Assembly (NCBI GenBank): GCA_030390025.1
Contig: CM059429.1
Coordinates: forward strand, 37,510,001 to 37,574,000
DNA: 64,000 nt
Direction: 5' to 3'
Source: Squalus acanthias
Taxonomy: Eukaryota
Part shown: positions 12,179 through 22,257 of the stretch, in pieces
How positions within the stretch are numbered: position 1 is the stretch's first letter
Layout: each line of letters begins with the position of its first letter
Notes under the pieces: model-generated
Seen by the model: only the letters and a program-made list of their open reading frames with translations
Databases searched by the model: none
What the model was told of the DNA's origin: nothing
Position numbers and translations under genes: made by a program

Positions 12179-13059
12179 ATATTTCCAACAATTCTTTTTT
12201 TAAATTTGTATTTTATCATTTCTATTCCACTTCCCCATCAGAGCTATTTCTCTTCATTAATCCTCCTTTAACTGGAAAAATGCACAAATAATCTAGATTC
12301 ATTGTGGAGTTTTGATCAATGTCGCTCTATGTTTAACTAATAAAAGATATGCTGCCTATAGGAATGTTTGTTACAATTTTATACACCAATACATCTGCAA
12401 AAATCACAAAATTGCAAATACACCCATACAATTCAAAAGACACACTGGACGCATTGTTATGTTCCCTAGAGCAGCAAGATGCTCTGAATGTGTAGTGTGT
12501 TTAAAGAAAATTCTTGTATCTAACCTCCTTCAGCCTTTTTCATTTGTAGCTATTGCTGTTTGAATGAATAAAGTTGCCCGAGTGCTGAAAGAAAACAAAA
12601 GCACCACATGGATATGTCAAGGTGCTGTACTTCATTGTCTTGTTCTACAGCTCTCAGAGTACTAATCTGCCCTATTTTTATGCTGCTTTTATTGTAAAAG
12701 CTTTCCCATGCAATGCATTGGCTGACACAGCAGTTCAGTGAGTCAGTTTATTACTGTCTACTGCTAATTATCCAGGAGCAGCACTGGTGATACCATGTCA
12801 CTGCAGAGGATGCATACCATTGTAATCCTCTCATTATTTCTTCTGCTACAATCACTTAGGCCAGTCCTTGCCCTCTGACAGGCTATTTACGAGAGTGAGC
12901 CTCTCACCAGGGACCTTCATTAGTGGAGACTAGCAAAGTTAATGAACAGCTTTGAATAAAGCTAGAAATGGTTATTGATGGAAAACTGATCATTTCCTAA
13001 AGACTTTAGTTTTCAGCTGCTCAAAAGGTGCAGATATCTTTTTAAATTTTTATTTTCCC

Positions 13060-13385
13060 ACTTTTCGCTCCTCTTTTCCAGAAGATTATGACTCGTGTTG
13101 AAGTGTGATTCCATGGTTGTCAGAATACCTCATTCAAGTGGCCAATCTTCACGTGTGAGCCTAGACATGAGCCTTAACAGATTATATTTTGGGGTGGGGC
13201 AGAATAAAATCACGAGAGAGTCAAATCTTGTCCTCATCCGAAGTCCACACACATACATTCTTTCGTAGGTGTTTTTGGACAGCAATCAGGAGTAGAAACC
13301 CTGGCTGATTATTTCCCTACCTAACTCTCAGATATTGAGACTGATTGTAACATTCCCACCACTGCCCCAGCTGAGAGGAGCTAAC
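13060..13385 (-). mobile_element. Old SINE-like dispersed repeat
   Basis: Similar to 51280-51510 (CAAGTGGCC..TTCA.GTGTG; TGTCCTCA.C.GA.GTCCACAC) and, in opposite orientation, to 860-1030 and 30400-30600. Confidence 0.55.
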
Positions 13386-13815
13386 TCTTAATAAGTCCGT
13401 TTGAAACTGTTAAGGCTCATCTTTTCTAAATCCATAGTAGTGATGAAGCACAGCTGCAGGCAGCTTTCAGCATATCCTGAGACTTGCTCTGAACAGAAAA
13501 TGACACAATGACATTTGAATCTTTGATTGTCAAGTCCAGCCAAAAGCTTCCAATAGGATTGATAAGAAAGGCTATAAAAGGTCCATTTCACACTTGGGCT
13601 TGACTTGGATTACATTAACTTTTAAAATAACCCCCATGTCGAGAGTGATTTGGTCCTTGATAAAGACAGAGTTACGGTTTGCTTTTAGCTATTTCTGACC
13701 ATTTGGAGATTGTAACTGCTGACAAACAAATTATTATAACGAGATATAACAGAGGGCTGGCAAAAGATCCTATACACATCTGTAACTTATCTCCAACCAT
13801 TTGTTCTCTTTTTAC

Positions 13816-14177
13816 AAAAGAAAAAAGACTTGCATCTACACAGCACCTTTCACGACCACCGGACAGCTCAAAGCGCTTTATAGCCAATGAAGTACTTTTT
13901 GAAGTGTAGTCACTGTTGTAATGTGGGAAACACGGCAGCCAATTTGCGTACAGCAAGCTCCCACAAATAGCAATGTGATAATGACCAGATAATCTGTTTT
14001 TGTTATGTTGATTGAGGGATAAATATTGGCCAGGACACAGAGGATAACTCCACTGTTCTTCTTCGAAATAGTGCCATGGGATCTTTTACATCCACCCGAG
14101 AGAGCAGACAGGGCCGCAGTTTAATGTCTCATCCGAAAGACGGCACGTCCAACAGCACAGCACTCCCTCAGCACTGA
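13816..14177 (-). mobile_element. Deu-domain SINE (SacSINE1/AmnSINE-like), 5'-truncated
   Basis: Deu-like core GGGATCTTTTACATCCAC...GTTTAATGTCTCATCCGAAAGACGGCAC; L2-type tail with (CTTT)n end; near-identical copy at 21801. Confidence 0.8.
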
Positions 14178-14891
14178 ATAAATAGCACAAGTTTTTAGGT
14201 TTTCTTGAATTGTGTTCATAAAAAATGTAAGCTCATCCTGTCATGGCTACTTTTCTCACAGGTAAGAAGGCTGTGAACAGTGGTTATGTAATGTCAAAGT
14301 TTCAGCATCTCAATAGATGTTTGCTGTTGGAGATCCAAAATTACTGAAAAACCATCAGCGTATTTTTGGTTCAGAGTGTAAATTGAAGACGTATTTTAGC
14401 GAATGAATTCTATTACATAACCTTACATATTCATTTAACCTCAATTATTGCACTGAAGATAGCTTGATGCTATACATGAATTACCATTTTACAGCTATCT
14501 TCACCTCAGTGAATCTGAGAGAATAGCCATGATACTGCCCTCCCCCCAGAAGCTGGACAGGTGCAGTGTACCGGCGGTGTTCTTCGGCTGTCCAGGAGAA
14601 AGTGCCTGAAACTGCCAGTTGTCATTAAGATGACCTGTTTGCATGCTAGGTGCAAGCTCACCCCTGGCAGCGCCTTGCACTGGCAATTAGGATGGAACCA
14701 GGAGCACATTTGAGGCCCTGGCTTTTGGACAACAGCAAGTAGAAGGCCTCCAGGCCTCAAAACTCAATTGTTTCTGTCAAAAAAAAAGGTCACTTACCTG
14801 ATGGCTCCTCTTCTTTTTGCTGTTGTTAAATTTGTGGGTGGTCCAGATGCAAGCCTCACTGCCAGCTTCTTGGAGTGCCTCTTTAATTTAA

Positions 14892-15501
14892 TGATGCAGA
14901 GATGCCGGTGTTGGACTGGGGTGGACAAAATTGAGAAGTCGCACAACACCAGGTTATAGTCCAACAGTTTTATTTGAAATCACAAGCTTTCGGAGTTACT
15001 GCTCCTTCGTCGGGTGAAGTAAAGAGATACAGAATCGCCAAAGCATATATAGATAGAGAACAATGCATGTGTACCTTACAATGGCAGACAACTAAATTTA
15101 ATCATCCTGACTGTTTATCTGCCGAGGTGTGACAAAAGGCAATCAGGTCAGCCAGGAACTTACCACATCAAAGACATAGCAAGATACAACTGAGACAATG
15201 AGGTGGCGTCACAGGGGGTCTAACGTGTCAAAAGCTGCAGTCTGTATGTAAAACGATAAACTTTAACATTTTTACTTTTTTACTGGGAATCACATCTGTG
15301 AACAAGCCAACGACGACTCGAGTCCGGATCACGTCATGTATCGTGACATAAACCCAAGATCCCGGTTGAGACCGTCCTCATGAGTGCGGAACTTGGCTCT
15401 CAGTTTCTGCTCGATGATTTTGCGTTGTCGTGTGTTCCTAAGGCCGCCTTGGAGAACGCTTACCCGCAGATCCGAGGCTGAATGTTCTTGACTGCTGAAG
15501 T
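14892..15501 (-). mobile_element. Penelope-like element, family B, 3' fragment
   Basis: Minus strand encodes a GIY-YIG C-terminus HSASDLRVSVLQGG...RKIIEQKL...DGLNRDLGF; 14-bp TSD CCTCTTTAATTTAA (14878-14891, 15502-15515); hammerhead motif in the terminal region. Confidence 0.88.
14980..15017 (-). ncRNA. Minimal type-I hammerhead ribozyme motif (U4C variant)
   Basis: Minus strand: UCAC-CCGACGA-A-GGAG(CAGUAA)CUCC-GAAA-GCUU-GUGA. Confidence 0.7.
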
Positions 15502-17404
15502 CCTCTTTAATTTAACACAAGTGTTGAAAATTGAGAGCAGTAGGTGCAGGTACTTCTATACCCCTCTGAGGAAGCTTTGGAAATCCTGGGGCAGCATAAA
15601 GGGGGGTAGAGACCAAGCTAATCTTCCTCAGAAGCACCCCAATTATAGTATGGCTTGTTTTCAGTGGCATTGTAGCATATGTGGCCAAACATATCAGCAG
15701 CACTGGCACACGACCCTGGCAATAACTGTGAGCTACTTTCTTCATAGGGTCTGGGTCATCTCAAAGTTAGGTGCAGAGCTGTGCCATCTGCTGCAAGGAC
15801 ACCTGTAGCTACCATGCAGCATAGGGCTGGCAGATTTACTGGGAGTAATAGCCAGCTACAGCCTGAAAGTTGGTTCACCTCCTTGCAGACATGCTGGCCC
15901 ATGGGGATGGTGCCGTGCAATGACACAGAGGATCACCCTCCTCACAACCACTTCCTGAAGCACAACTGCTATGGCAGCAGTCAGAGTTGGATGTTAAAAT
16001 GCTCTGTCACTTGCCGGCACCTGGGGTTTCTTTTCACTTCATTTTAGCCTGCCACATCTTCAGTGTTGCCAAAGGCTGCTTATGGGGCGAGATGCCTTTT
16101 GGACTTCTAGCTTTCGGAATTTTGTCTCCCTATTGGGATATTTCCTTTTAATTGTCCTTTTCCCTAAAAAATTCACTTATACGCAGTTTTCCACTCCCTA
16201 CTACTACGGTCTCCTCTGCAGCTGTCCAAGATAACACTCAAACCTGTGAATAATAATGAAAACGAACTTGATTTGAAAAATGAGATGCTATTACCATTTT
16301 GATGAGACTTGCACCATGTTCTTAATCATTTAGAATTGACTCACAACAGTAATCAAAAATCAGCACCAATAAATTGACCCACACCCCACCTCAAAATCCA
16401 TCATACCTAATACACGACGTTAGTTCGCAGCTAACCCAATCCAGCCAAATGTAGAGGTAAGGACACTGGAGTTTAGCTCGTTAAAACTGGGATTCAGTCT
16501 TGGCACAGGAGCCTGCCTCGTGGTCTACTGAGTTATCCAACAGATTAGTGAAATAAAAAGGTTGCTTCAACCTGTTTGCGCTGATTAACCACATGGTTCC
16601 TGTGCGTGCAGCAGTGCCACCTGACCTCTATATATCTTCTTAATGAAGTTAACAGAGCAGCAATTTCAATGAACCTTGTAAGAGTGAAAAATAAAGTGAA
16701 GCCATTCGCAAACTAGGCGCACTGATGGAACCTGTCACTTAGGTTTTTCAGGTCACAGACTGAGAAGAGCAATTAAAAGAGAGGGGCTCCAAAACCTCGA
16801 CAGTTTAATCATTAAAGCTCTAGTTGTGTTCGATGATGAATTGCTGGTAAGAGTGAAACATGCTGCTGGTCATTAATCTGCAGCAATTCAGGATGGAAGG
16901 CACGTTGTTTCAGGAGCTTCTATTTGGTAATTAACTGGTTATCCCCCAAAAATGATACATGGTCCAGTGTAAGCCTAAAGAACTGCCAGGCTGTAGATAA
17001 TAATGTTGAACAGCTGGAACCTCCTGAGAGCTATTCATTCCTTTTCCATTAGAAGCATCAGCTGAAAAATGGCACTTGGTTTGCACTAACATATACAGGG
17101 AGAAAACAGGTAAAGCAGTAAGCATAAATATACTGCTATCCTTTGCCTCAAAGTGCGATGTAGAGAAAGGCTAGAGATATGTAGGAGGACATGTAGGAAA
17201 TAGTGAATCTCACTTTCTTTAGCAGTCTGTAATATGCAGTAAAACTACACTGAATAAAATAATCAATTAAAGTGATCAATATCTTTACATAAAATATCCA
17301 TTAATAACTTTTCCAGTCTATTGAAATACATTGTTTAATTTTAATATGAGCGTGAATAAAAAAAGCAATTCCCTCAAATACAACCTCAGCATTTTCTATG
17401 TTTA

Positions 17405-17560
17405 TGGATTTGGATCCAGAACATTCAAATCATGTCTGAATTTGAATTTAAGTCTGAATCTGAATTGAAATCTCAATCCAATGTAAATACTAAGCTCAGG
17501 CCCAATCCAAATCTGAATCTAAAGCCAAAGCAGAGTCCGAATCTGATACGGAGTCTAAAG
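17405..17560. repeat. Degenerate hexamer repeat (AATCTG/AATCCA-like)
   Basis: TCTGAATTTGAATTTAAGTCTGAATCTGAA...CCAATCCAAATCTGAATCTAAAG periodicity. Confidence 0.6.
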
Positions 17561-17882
17561 CCTCAGTTTGCCGATGGAAGCAAAATCAGAGCGGTTCGCA
17601 TCCATAGAACAGAAGCATAAGCAACAGAGGGGGAGAAAATTGGTGTGTGCCAAGAGAATTGCCGGTGTCACCACCAACTCGAATTAACGGCTGCTGAAAA
17701 TAGCCGCAGCGATACCATTGAAAAATTCGCACTGGGGGGTTGGCGGTGTGGAGCGCAGCACTAACTTACCGTGTAACGCCCTCCTGGTGGCGTTAATGGA
17801 GGCCCCTGACCCAAAGATCCCATCCACAGTTGGGGTTGCAGCTTCGAACAGCCTGTGGGAGCTAGCTGTGGAATTCGCTCAA

Positions 17883-18140
17883 CCATTGGTGGCCGGGCCT
17901 TCTGTTGCCTAGGCCCTAAGCTCTGGAATTCCCTGCCTAAACCTCTCCGCCTCTCTACCTCTCTTTCCTCCTTTAAGGCGCTCCTTAAAACCTACCTCTT
18001 TGACCAAGCTTTTGGTCACCTGCCCTAATTTCTCCTTATGTGGCTCGGTGTCAAATATTTTGTCTTAAAATACTCCTGTGCAGCGCCTTGGGACATTTTA
18101 CTATGTTAAAGGCGCTATATAAATACAAGTTGTTGTTGTT
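17883..18140 (+). mobile_element. L2 LINE 3' end
   Basis: PKLWNSLP...FKALLKTYLF coding remnant; tail AAAGGCGCTATATAAATACAAG(TTG)n. Confidence 0.9.
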
Positions 18141-18353
18141 ATGGGCAATTAAAGGGGTTATGAATTAAAGGGGTAATGCATTCAAAACTAATAAAAATTG
18201 GAATCAAGTGAAAAAATGCATTTTTCAGCCCTTACTGCCTTTCAAAAAAACATAAACATTAAAAATAATTTCCAAATGGCAGCTTTCAGCTCTTAAAGCT
18301 GAATTTCCTTCCACACCTAAAAAAATGGTAAAAGTCCTTCAGCAGTAACACAA

Positions 18354-18580
18354 GTGGCTCAGCAAGGCAGGGAAGGGGCACCCAGGGCCCCGCACACAGC
18401 ACTCCAGCTTTGTGCAGGGGGTCAACACTGCAAGAGAGGTGCACTGCCCACAGGGCCTGGAGGCCCTCTAGAAAGAACGATGTGGGACCGCATAACTGAG
18501 GTTGTCACTGCCAGCAGTGTCGACCCCACTACCTGGCTCCAGTGCCCAAAGCAGCTTCATGACCTCAGCCACTGGTCAAG
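18354..18580 (+). pseudogene. Harbinger Myb/SANT-like DNA-binding protein remnant
   Basis: MAQQGREGAPR...WDRITEVVTASSVDPTTWLQCPKQLHDL matches the W..I...V.A.S...RTW.QC.KKFNDL pattern; followed by donor AG|GTCAGT. Confidence 0.7.
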
Positions 18581-19481
18581 GTCAGTGAATGCATCATCAA
18601 GAGCCGTCTCCTACCAACTGCGCCACTAGCCTCACACACTGCTCAATGCACGACCCCCTCCCCCATCACTCACCTACCAACAATATGCACCAATCATGAG
18701 GCACAAATCTCATTCCTAGCCTCACTTCACCCCCTTGGAGGAGACAGTGTAGGCCATTTTTGGCAGGGGCATGGCTGAGCCCTTGGCCAGTGGCGGGACA
18801 GAAAGGATACAAGGTGCTGGTATCCTCATAGGTTATCCTCCTTCTGGCACGCACCTCTTGCTTTCCTGTCCTCCCCTTACCGCAACTCTATCCTTGTGCC
18901 TTCCTCATTTCCTACACCCAAGAAATGCAGCCTGTTCAGCCAGTGGTTCAACAAGAAGAGAGAGAGGAGAGTGAAGAAGATTGATTTGACACTCCCAGCC
19001 ACCAGCTCCTCAAGGTTGACCAGCAAGAACATTTGCAGTGTCCCCCACTGAAAGTCAGCAGCCTTCCACCAACCATGCTGCAGCCACTGGGGTAGCACTG
19101 CATGACATCAGTAGGATAGGCAAAGGCACACACAAGACAGTCACTAAGGGAATGCATAAGGGTGATGAGTTGATTTCTTGATGTTACATTGGATGGATAG
19201 ATGTATAAAGTTGGATTGGAAAGTTTGCTTTGTGGTGGCTTTTATTTCAGCATTGTGGCCAAGAGGACGCTGTGGTGGTCAGTAACAGAGGGAAGGTTAG
19301 GTGTGGGACTAATGTTGAAAGTGAAATTGGGATTGTGGTCACTGGGACCACAGATGGATGATTCCATTCCAGATATCCTGGCCAGAAAGAGGCTTCTTTG
19401 GGATGTATCCTTCCTTTCGTTTCCTCCTCCTCAGCTTCTTCCTCTTCTGTGTCTTCCTCATCCCTCTGCGAGTGGATGCTG

Positions 19482-19618
19482 TAAATCTGAAATGACAGCA
19501 TAAAGTGTTGGAAATACTCAGCAGGTCAGGCAGCATCTCGACCTGAGATGTGAATTCTGTTTCTCTCTCCACGGATGTTGCCTGACCTGCTGAGTATTTG
19601 CAGCATTTTCTGTCTTCT
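19482..19618. mobile_element. Penelope-like family A terminal fragment in fold-back (inverted) arrangement
   Basis: AAATACTCAGCAGGTCAGGCAGCATC followed by its reverse complement GATGTTGCCTGACCTGCTGAGTATTT. Confidence 0.8.
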
Positions 19619-19845
19619 CGGAGGCCTTCCTTTACCATCTGAGGCCTTGCAAGCATCCAGCAGCACTCCCTACACACTTAAAAAAAACTTTTAATATCTA
19701 TTGTAGCAACCCACTACTTTAATAAAGTTTAAAAAAACACTCCAAAAGCTTAAATGCAATCTTATCTGAAAGATGTATGTGTCCCTTTAAGAGGTGCTGA
19801 CAGCACCACTGTCAGCCTGACACAATAGCAGAACTGTGAATTAAA

Positions 19846-20313
19846 ACCAAGGCCCGTTCACTCATTACCCCCGGTGCTCACTGACCTACATTGGCTCCCG
19901 GTCTGGCAACGCCTCAATTTTAAAATTCTCATCCTTGTTTTCAAATCCCTCCGTGGCCTCACTCCTCCCTATCTCTGTAACCTCCTCCAGCCCTACAACC
20001 CTCCGAGATCTCTGCACACCTCCAATTCTGGCTCTTGTGCATCCCCGATTTTAATTGCTCCACCTTTGGTGGCCGTGCTTTCAACTGCCAGGCCCTAAGC
20101 TGTGGAAATCACTCCCTAAACCGCTCCACCTTTCTTTCTCCTTTAAGATGCTCCTTAAAACCTACCTCTTTGACCAGACTTTTGGTCACCTGTCCTAATA
20201 TCTCCTTATGTGGGTTGGTGCCAAATTTATTTGATAACGTTCCTGTGAAGCATCTTGGGACATTTTACTACGTTAAAGGTGCTATATAAATACAAGTTGT
20301 TGTTGTTTTGTTG
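19846..20313 (+). mobile_element. L2 LINE 3' fragment
   Basis: ORF 19874-20098 LTDLHWLPVWQRLNFKILILVFK; tail GGTGCTATATAAATACAAG(TTG)n. Confidence 0.9.
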
Positions 20314-21208
20314 CACATGGCAATTCAAAGTTCAGCTCACAAAGAGTGCTGCATCACTGACCTCATTGCAGTCCTACAGCAGGGATTGACATCTTGGCTA
20401 TCTGCAGGGGAGCCCAAGTTGTGAGAGAACAAGTAGAGAGCAATGCTTTCTTAAAAGTGCTGTGAATGGTGCCATTAAGACCGTGAACATCTGCTTACAG
20501 GAATTTGTTGCTCGTGGATTAGAAATACTAGAAAATTGTTTGGAAAAAGACACCCTACAGACTGCTGTCATGTACATTGCATGCCATCCAACTGGGCTGC
20601 CCAGCACTGATTTTATGGTAGGACTTATGGTAGGAGTTTATCCAATGAGACAGCATACTCTCAAGATATCTGCACACCCTTCTACTCTAGCCATGCTCCT
20701 CAAAGGATTGAAGAAGTGCCAGGAGCAGTGTCTTGTGTAGGTGTCTTTGTGTATGGCTTTAGCTGTTGCAGAGACATCGTATGAGGCTGCACCATAGATT
20801 CAAGGCTCCAACAATCCCAAATGAGCCAACAACAGCCTTCCACCACAGTTTCTTCTCCCAATCAGGGTACATGGAGCAGTAGGTTAAGCAATTTGGCACA
20901 CCATGAATTGGGGTGCCTCACCTGGCAACAGAGCATATCAGAAATTCAGATGTACAGTGCCTACGATTCTTCAATGATAGATGGATGCAGCAAATAATTA
21001 TATTTCCTCCGAGGTTTTTTATGAGGTGAATGCATGTAAAGGTCTGAGGGAAGGGACACTTCCAGGTGAAGGCTGAAGGTATTAATGGCATCATGCTGTC
21101 TCATGGGCATTGATGGCAAGCAATGAAAACATGTTAGCAGTGGGATAGGAAGGTTATTGCAGGTGACCAGCATGCGTGGCACTGTGCATTCTTGGACTGT
21201 ACACTGGC

Positions 21209-21375
21209 CAATGTTCCCACTAAGGTGCGTGGCCATGCAGTAATCTCAAAGGTCCAGCTCAGGCCGCTCACCGGCTTTTACATTGGAAATACTGCGCATG
21301 CGCAGAAATTTAAAGGGACCGTGCATTTAAAAAAACAGGTCACACAGAACAAAGCGCATCTTACAGGGAACATTG
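21209..21375. mobile_element. hAT-type MITE, 167 bp (related to 11036-11201, opposite orientation)
   Basis: TIRs CAATGTTCCC...GGGAACATTG; perfect 8-bp TSD ACACTGGC (21201-21208, 21376-21383). Confidence 0.92.
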
Positions 21376-21393
21376 ACACTGGCCCCTCTTACC

Positions 21394-21638
21394 TTTCCTG
21401 ACCTGGTAAGGGCATTATACTTCTTCTTGCACTGTCTGGCTGTGTATGGGGTGATTGATTTAGCACACTGTCCCCAGTTACCTGCTTTCATTGCCCCTTG
21501 GGCTGCAATTCTTAGGGACCTGCAGTGTTCTGTGCCAAACAGGTTATCCCTTCTCTGCCTCACTTCATCCAACAATACTTGCATTACGCCATCTCCGAAC
21601 ATGGGGCTCTCTATCAGACGTTCCAGATATTCTTTCAT
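21394..21638 (-). pseudogene. Harbinger Myb/SANT-like protein remnant
   Basis: PMFGDGVMQVLLDEVRQRRDNLF...TARQCKKKYNALTRSGK followed by donor AG|GTAAG. Confidence 0.7.
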
Positions 21639-21800
21639 CTCTGAACTTTGCTTTCCGCTGCAAAAATGATTGTGATGATGTCTTTCCGTGAAGCTACTGC
21701 AGGCTATTTTCTATCCATTCAATGGGCAAGCTCCCAATCAGGGGCATTTCATGAGTTTGTTCAAGATATTAGGATGAGGCTGACCCTGTAAATTGCAATG

Positions 21801-22257
21801 AAAGAAAGAACTTATATTTACATCGCACCTTTCATGACTTCAGGATGTCCTAAAGCATAAAACAACCAATGAAGTACTTTTGAAGCACAGTCACTGTTAT
21901 AATGCAGGGAAACATGGCAGTCAATTTGCACAGAGAGGTCTCACAAACAGCAATGATATAAATGACCATATACCTGGTTTTTTTCATGGTGTTGGTTGAG
22001 GGATAAATGTTGACCAGGACATCAAGAGAACTCCCCTACTCTACTTCAAATAGTCCCATGGGATCTTTTATGTATACCCGAGAGGACACATAAGTCCTTG
22101 GTTTAATGTTTCATCTAAAAGATGGTATCTCTGACATTGCAGCACTCCCTCAGTACTGCACTGAAGTGCCAGTCTAGATTCTATGCTTAAGTCTTTCAAC
22201 TGAGGCTTGAACCCACACTCTTCTGACTCAAAGGTGAAAAGATGACACTTAGAGTTA
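21801..22257 (-). mobile_element. Deu-domain SINE, near full length
   Basis: Aligns with 13816-14177 and extends to a tRNA-like head with B-box-like GGGTTCAAGCC on the minus strand. Confidence 0.8.

Larger units (their letters stand above)
17629..19845. mobile_element. Degraded PIF/Harbinger DNA transposon
   Basis: GGGGGAGAAAATTGG terminus; + strand Myb/SANT-like remnant (18354-18580) and a second-exon-like piece FTPLEETV..IFG; convergent acidic transposase-tail-like remnant on the minus strand near 19350-19480; right end not resolved. Confidence 0.65.

Noticed and set aside
15600-16050. Harbinger transposase remnant (ELCHLLQ)
   Set aside because: Single short motif, no recoverable catalytic residues or termini.
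17432-17620. 62-aa repetitive protein
   Set aside because: By-product of a degenerate hexamer repeat; no splice or start context.
22195-22257. tRNA gene
   Set aside because: Only a decayed B-box-like head contiguous with a SINE body; no cloverleaf.
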